This document shows, piece by piece, positions 7,814 through 11,859 of a stretch of DNA of 11,859 nt. The DNA comes from a virus. Lineage: Duplodnaviria > Heunggongvirae > Uroviricota > Caudoviricetes. Numbering within the stretch: the first letter of the stretch is position 1; each line of letters begins with the position of its first letter. Location: the IMG/VR virus record IMGVR_UViG_3300044799_000708. One strand, 5' to 3'. The notes beneath the pieces were generated by a model. It did no database searches. It worked only from the letters and a program-made list of their open reading frames with translations, and was not told the DNA's origin. The position numbers and the translations under genes are program-made.

Positions 7814-7948
7814 ATGAGAGGTTCGAAAAAAGTGCTGACCTGTGATATGGTCATGGAGAAGGCGACAAGAGTAGGCAATAGTAGCCATATCATTCTGCCC
7901 ATTTCGTGGCTCAACAAGAAAGTTATGGTAATAAAAATGGAGAAATAG
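7814..7948 (+). CDS. DUF2080-like (AbrB-fold) small protein, 44 aa, absent from ORF track
   Basis: MRGSKKVLTCDMVMEKATRVGNSSHIILPISWLNKKVMVIKMEK matches the archaeal K-x-x-x-x-G-N-S-x-H-x-x-L-P-x-x-W-x-x-K-x-V pattern. AAGGTGA RBS. Confidence 0.8.
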   Translation: MRGSKKVLTCDMVMEKATRVGNSSHIILPISWLNKKVMVIKMEK

Positions 7949-7958
7949 GGTGAAATAA

Positions 7959-8091
7959 ATGATACCAAGATTTAGAGCGTGGCATAACTGGCATAGACAC
8001 GAAGGTTATTTCCAACAAGTTGAACAGGTTAAGAAGAGCAGGAATCTTACCAAGAGTAATGTATAAAGCGAATCCTCTTGCAAGTCTGTAA
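7959..8091 (+). pseudogene. YopX 5' fragment fused out of frame to the 3' end of an HTH-like gene
   Basis: ATG 7959 with GGGTGA RBS gives MIPRFRAWH (YopX N-terminus) and stops at 8066. The +1 frame reads GIDTKVISNKLNRLRRAGILPR to a stop at 8089-8091 and has no start codon. TGGCATA direct repeat at the junction. Confidence 0.5.
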
Positions 8092-8101
8092 GGTGTGACA
8101 G

Positions 8102-8437
8102 ATGAAAATGGAAGTGGAAATCTGCGATAGTTGTAAATCTATGGTAGCAAAACATCAGTGCTTTATCTGCAAAAATATGTTATGCTCCAGTTGTGCCTCT
8201 GGCATATACATAGGAAAAAGTGAACCACTTGCCATTAGAACAACGCAAATATCAAGTATAAACAAGGATGAAAGGAAATACATATCAAGCATTTGCGACA
8301 AGTGTAGGGTAGAATTAAGGGATATGATAGGAAAATTTGAGCAGATGAAGATTGAAAAACAGGCACTGGTTGATAAGGAAATAATATTGTTCATAAAAGA
8401 AAAAATGGAATCGGTATTACTGGCTGATAAAATATGA
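8102..8437 (+). CDS. Zn-finger (B-box-like) protein, ends in ADKI tag
   Basis: CDSC...CFIC...LCSSC and CDKC; AGGTGTGA RBS. Confidence 0.75.
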   Translation: MKMEVEICDSCKSMVAKHQCFICKNMLCSSCASGIYIGKSEPLAIRTTQISSINKDERKYISSICDKCRVELRDMIGKFEQMKIEKQALVDKEIILFIKEKMESVLLADKI

Positions 8438-8727
8438 AAGAGAAAAAAATGACAGAAGAAGAAAAAGAAGCTGAAAGGAAATATCATAAAAGATACTACC
8501 ACAGTAACCAGAAATACAGGGAAAACCAGTTGCTTTATTACAAATTGAAGAGGATTAAAAAGGCTGTAAAAAGCCTGCGTGAATGTATACAGGTGAAAAA
8601 GGCAAGGACTATGGGCAATAGCTCTTGTGTCCTGCTTCCTAAAGATTGGGAAGGAAGAGATGTCATTTGTATTGACAACAAATTTTTCATGTTACAAATT
8701 TTCAAATCAAAAAGGTCGGAAACATGA
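8434..8727 (+). CDS. Basic helical protein with C-terminal DUF2080-like domain
   Basis: KKARTMGNSSCVLLPKDWEGRDVICI matches the same G-N-S..LP..W motif as 7814-7948. ATGA overlaps at both ends. Confidence 0.75.
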   Translation: MKEKKMTEEEKEAERKYHKRYYHSNQKYRENQLLYYKLKRIKKAVKSLRECIQVKKARTMGNSSCVLLPKDWEGRDVICIDNKFFMLQIFKSKRSET

Positions 8728-9275
8728 AATTGATACTTTATCATGGAACTTCGGGGAAAAATGCATGGAAAATAGAAAAGGAAGGCTTTCTTACCGACAA
8801 GAAATATAATTGGAAGGTAAAAAGTAAAAGGGGTTTTATTTATTTGAGCATAGCCTATGCACCGTTTTACAGTATGTCTACAAAGAATGCAAATGGCACT
8901 CTTGCGCTGATTAAGGTCGAAGTTGATACGGATGACCTTTACCCCGAAGATGATTTTTTAATGCTTATGATAGGCAAACCTGTCTATAAACAAAGGGATA
9001 TTGATAAGATAGACTTCGAGAAATACAAATATCTATGGAAAGCAAGTCTGGAATATCTCGGTAATGTTGCCGTGAAACCAGAAAAAATAAGGATTATTGG
9101 TATAACATATTTTGAAGGAAAATACCTGATAATGAAATGCGACCCTTGTATTACCCATCTTAATTTTAAAATTATGGGCAATTATTATGCAAAATTGACT
9201 AAATGGATTTTCGAAGGAAAAAATATTATGGAATTTCCTAATTTTATGGAGATGAAAAAAGAGGTAATATTATGA
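8724..9275 (+). CDS. Putative ADP-ribosyltransferase-fold protein (H-Y-type ART, PARP/Tpt1-like)
   Basis: N-terminal LYHGTS...A.KI.KEGF, then FIYLS...APFY and LIKVEV, which is the strand-motif order of H-Y-[EDQ] ART-fold proteins. Confidence 0.6.
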   Translation: MKLILYHGTSGKNAWKIEKEGFLTDKKYNWKVKSKRGFIYLSIAYAPFYSMSTKNANGTLALIKVEVDTDDLYPEDDFLMLMIGKPVYKQRDIDKIDFEKYKYLWKASLEYLGNVAVKPEKIRIIGITYFEGKYLIMKCDPCITHLNFKIMGNYYAKLTKWIFEGKNIMEFPNFMEMKKEVIL

Positions 9276-9323
9276 TTGCAACACACGAAGAAAGGCTGGA
9301 ATAATAATAGGGATGATGATAAA

Positions 9324-9563
9324 ATGACCGAAGAACAAAAAGAAAAAATAAAGGCATGGAGATGCTCAAAATGTGGTGGCATATATGTGGATGAAACCTG
9401 TAGTTGTCCAATATGGAATAAATCAGATAAACCAATAATTCTTATAGACAGGAATAAAATACTTGAAGAATTCAAAGAAATAATAAAAAGACATAAATGG
9501 TGCGGAAATATGTGCATAGGCGACATAATGTTGGCTTTAGAAGAACTCGAAGCGTCAAGGTGA
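9324..9563 (+). CDS. Zn-ribbon protein
   Basis: The track ORF uses TTG at 9276; the ATG at 9324 (MTEEQK) after GGGATGA is likelier. Contains CSKCGG...CSCP. Confidence 0.7.
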   Translation: MTEEQKEKIKAWRCSKCGGIYVDETCSCPIWNKSDKPIILIDRNKILEEFKEIIKRHKWCGNMCIGDIMLALEELEASR

Positions 9564-9567
9564 ATAA

Positions 9568-9843
9568 ATGATGTCCCAAAGAATAAGATTGAGAAGGCAA
9601 AAAGTCGGTGAAGTAAAGATAATCGTATTAGATGAAACATTTCAATTTAACGTAGTCACAGGAAACGGAACTTCCTCTCTTTATAACAAATTGAAAAATA
9701 TGAACAGGAATGATAGGGTTACGCTTTATTTTAAAATTAGGAAACAAAAAAAACTCGGCATATGCAGTTTTTCATATTCATGTGGAAACTGCCCATATAA
9801 AAAGGACAATAAATGCACATATAAGGAAAAGGAATTCAGATGA
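9568..9843 (+). CDS. Hypothetical protein with C-terminal Cys cluster
   Basis: GGTGA RBS; CSFSYSCGNCPY...KC. Confidence 0.7.
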   Translation: MMSQRIRLRRQKVGEVKIIVLDETFQFNVVTGNGTSSLYNKLKNMNRNDRVTLYFKIRKQKKLGICSFSYSCGNCPYKKDNKCTYKEKEFR

Positions 9844-10253
9844 GCGAGCATATAAGCGTTTCAGGGAGGGTTAAATATCATCATCTTGCATATAGAAAAC
9901 TCGGTTTTTCTTGGTGCAAGAGATGTAAAAAATTTGCAGACAGATTGAATATATATTTTGATGAGGGTTTTTTAGGTGATAGCATAAAGGTCGAGTGTGG
10001 CAGATGTGGCAAAACGATTTTTGTTGCTGAAACAACTGAAAAGACATATGCAAGGGACAATATAAAATGTTCGGTATGCGGAAAGAAAATCAGCCAATTC
10101 GATGCTTGGTGTATCAGCTATGAAACTATTATCACAGCTTCTAAAAAGGAAAATAAAAAAAGGGTATTATCACAAAAAGAAAATAAAAAAAGGGTATATT
10201 GTTCGGAAAAGTGTGAAAAAAAGGAAAAGGGGAAACAATATGACGGCAGATGA
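9840..10253 (+). CDS. Double Zn-finger protein (ribbon + TRASH/MYM-like CxxC...YCSxxC)
   Basis: CKRC...CGRC and CSVCGK...YCSEKC; ATGA overlap. Confidence 0.75.
   Translation: MSEHISVSGRVKYHHLAYRKLGFSWCKRCKKFADRLNIYFDEGFLGDSIKVECGRCGKTIFVAETTEKTYARDNIKCSVCGKKISQFDAWCISYETIITASKKENKKRVLSQKENKKRVYCSEKCEKKEKGKQYDGR
10127..10197. repeat. Interleaved in-frame direct repeat (30-nt period)
   Basis: GAAAATAAAAAAAGGGTAT at 10149-10167 and 10179-10197; TATTATCACA at 10127-10136 and 10165-10174. Encodes KENKKRV twice. Confidence 0.9.
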
Positions 10254-10347
10254 AGAAATTCCAAGATGCTATATCTGCGGTCATTCTATACTCTTAATAG
10301 ATGGTATATGGGTTTGCAATTTTTGTGGTGAAATTTACGAATATTAA
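10240..10347 (+). CDS. Mini Zn-ribbon protein (35 aa)
   Basis: MTADEEIPRCYICGHSILLIDGIWVCNFCGEIYEY is the 3' part of track ORF 10102-10347. ATG 10240 follows AAGGGG. CxxC-x12-CxxC. Confidence 0.65.
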   Translation: MTADEEIPRCYICGHSILLIDGIWVCNFCGEIYEY

Positions 10348-10762
10348 AAGAAAGTTTAAAATCTTAAAGGAGGATGAAAAAACAATAGTTATGGAATCGC
10401 CTGAAAATATTATAGAACAATATGAAAAAAGAACCAAAGCACTTGTCTTGAGAAGAATTCATAAGAAGGAAAATAAAAATCAAAGAAAGCTTTTCAAAAA
10501 AAGGGTGATGAGAAGAAGATTTTCTGTCGGGGATATAATTTTTATTACTATCACGCCTTCTACAGGTTTTAGGAAATTTGCAAGGGTTACAAAAATGAAT
10601 AGTAGATTGATTTCTGCCGATTTTATCTTTGGTGATAATATATTCAATTTCGAACTTCATAAAAAACTCTATATAATGGGAAAGGCAAGAAAAGAAGAAA
10701 GAAGGAATTTCGTAAAGCAACTTGAACAGATAGAAGCAATGAAATTTGCGGAGGCATTATGA
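10301..10762 (+). CDS. SH3/KOW-like paralog 1, ends in AEAL tag (start uncertain, possibly 10391)
   Basis: FSVGDII motif; ARKEERRNF + 12 aa + AEAL. Confidence 0.7.
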   Translation: MVYGFAIFVVKFTNIKRKFKILKEDEKTIVMESPENIIEQYEKRTKALVLRRIHKKENKNQRKLFKKRVMRRRFSVGDIIFITITPSTGFRKFARVTKMNSRLISADFIFGDNIFNFELHKKLYIMGKARKEERRNFVKQLEQIEAMKFAEAL

Positions 10763-11118
10763 TATTCAAAATTGGTGATATTGTGAAAATCAGAAACCAG
10801 ATACATAAAGATAGGTGTGTGGTAGGTTCAGGTTTCTATGGAAGAGCGGATTTACCCGAATATGTGATGAATAAGGTTGGCGAAATAATAAAAATACAGA
10901 CAGTTGAAGCCACATTCAAGAGGTTTCCATTCGAAAGGAAGGCGCATATCTATATGGTCTATTTTCTTTTTGATATTAGTATTGAATATAAATATATTTC
11001 CGAATTCACGGCTTTCCTTTTTGGTGATGAGATAGAGATGGCAACCGAAGAGGAAGGAAAGAAGTTCACAGGTATGAAGGATATACTGGTTGCCAAAGAA
11101 GTGGCTGATAGACTATGA
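10759..11118 (+). CDS. SH3/KOW-like paralog 2, ends in ADRL tag
   Basis: FKIGDIVKI...NKVGEIIKI; ATEEEGKKF + 12 aa + ADRL; GGAGG RBS and ATGA overlap. Confidence 0.8.
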   Translation: MIFKIGDIVKIRNQIHKDRCVVGSGFYGRADLPEYVMNKVGEIIKIQTVEATFKRFPFERKAHIYMVYFLFDISIEYKYISEFTAFLFGDEIEMATEEEGKKFTGMKDILVAKEVADRL

Positions 11119-11420
11119 GTGAAATAGTAAAAGTCGTAAAAATAATTGATGCAGATAGGCAAGCTGGATTCTCGGTAGTGGAAAGACCACCGAAACTCTT
11201 AATAGGTAAAATCGGCATGATAACCAGACCATTGATACAATGGGATGGCTATTGGGTCACTTTCTATTTCAAAAATAGAAAAAGGATATGCGAGAGGAAA
11301 GATGTTTTGAGTAAAGATGAACTTGTGGAAGCTACAGAAGAGGAAATCAAAAAATTCAATAAATTGCAGATAGAATTCGAAGAACAATATGAAGCGGAAA
11401 TGATGGCTGAAAGACTATGA
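11115..11420 (+). CDS. SH3/KOW-like paralog 3, ends in AERL tag
   Basis: IVKVVKI...IGKIGMIT...YWVTF; ATEEEIKKF + 16 aa + AERL; ATGA overlap. Confidence 0.8.
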   Translation: MSEIVKVVKIIDADRQAGFSVVERPPKLLIGKIGMITRPLIQWDGYWVTFYFKNRKRICERKDVLSKDELVEATEEEIKKFNKLQIEFEEQYEAEMMAERL

Positions 11421-11785
11421 TAAAATTAAATGAAATTAGATTTGGAGATATTGTAAAAACCATAGAAGTTTTTTTTCAATATGGAGATTCAATCTTTACG
11501 AGAGAAGAAAATATTGATAGTTTTATTAAAAAATCATGCAAACAAAAAGGTAGAATCGGTGAGATAACTGATATGCCTATACTACATGGTAATCGATACG
11601 ATGAACCATCAATAATTATATTTGAGGTTATGTTTATCGTCAAAAATAATTTTAAAGGAATTTTAATGGAAAAACGGACTCATATCCATTCAAATGCTTT
11701 TACAAAGGCGACAAAGGAAGAATGTGATAAATTTTTAAAATTGAAAGAGGATATAAAATTACAAAAATTTGCAGGTGAACTATGA
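11417..11785 (+). CDS. SH3/KOW-like paralog 4, ends in AGEL tag
   Basis: RFGDIVKT...GRIGEIT...FEVMF; ATKEECDKF + 12 aa + AGEL; ATGA overlap. Confidence 0.8.
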   Translation: MIKLNEIRFGDIVKTIEVFFQYGDSIFTREENIDSFIKKSCKQKGRIGEITDMPILHGNRYDEPSIIIFEVMFIVKNNFKGILMEKRTHIHSNAFTKATKEECDKFLKLKEDIKLQKFAGEL

Positions 11786-11859
11786 AAAATTTTAAGATTG
11801 GGAATATTGTGAAGGTGAAAATGCTACAAAATGCCCAGTATGGTAGTCATTGGGGACAG
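11782..11859 (+). CDS. SH3/KOW-like paralog 5 (partial, runs off window)
   Basis: MKNFKIGNIVKVKMLQNAQYGSHWGQ; GGTGA RBS, ATGA overlap, same FKIG.IVK start as paralog 2. Confidence 0.7.
   Translation, partial: MKNFKIGNIVKVKMLQNAQYGSHWGQ

Noticed and set aside
10102-10239. 5' extension of track ORF 10102-10347
   Set aside because: It overlaps the 9840-10253 gene in another frame and is low-complexity Lys-rich. Only the part from ATG 10240 looks like a protein.
138-11387. All minus-strand ORFs in the track (e.g. 138-449, 659-1006, 3151-3534, 5763-6155, 9185-9640, 10364-10720)
   Set aside because: They lie antisense to convincing + strand genes and are Phe/Leu/Ser/Ile-rich, as expected for the reverse complement of A-rich coding DNA. 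They show no motifs.
1-11859. CRISPR array, tRNA, rRNA, integrase/att site, transposase, structural virion genes
   Set aside because: No repeat-spacer periodicity, cloverleaf, recombinase or capsid/terminase motifs were seen. The viral assignment therefore rests on gene organisation and content, and a plasmid or integrated element is not excluded.

Overview
Gene-dense, AT-rich window with about 24 complete + strand genes and one partial gene, many joined by ATGA stop/start overlaps. It most likely comes from the non-structural (early/accessory) region of an archaeal virus or provirus. The archaeal signal is a BRE/TATA promoter, GGTGA-type ribosome-binding sites, two DUF2080-like AbrB-fold proteins and many small Zn-finger ORFs. 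No capsid, integrase, rRNA, tRNA or CRISPR features were seen. The core is a MoxR-type AAA+ ATPase paired with a DUF2201-type metallopeptidase-VWA protein whose HExxH motif is split by a 388-aa LAGLIDADG intein. The most unusual signal is that seven proteins, from at least four unrelated families, end in the same helix-borne C-terminal tag, A-[D/E/G]-x-[L/I]-COOH. This may be a viral degron or docking signal, possibly for the AAA+/peptidase-VWA machine (inference). Other features are a tandem array of SH3/KOW-like paralogs, a YHGT-type ADP-ribosyltransferase-like gene, and two promoters each bracketed by a TGTATATAC palindrome. All family calls come from motif recognition by eye; no database searches were run.
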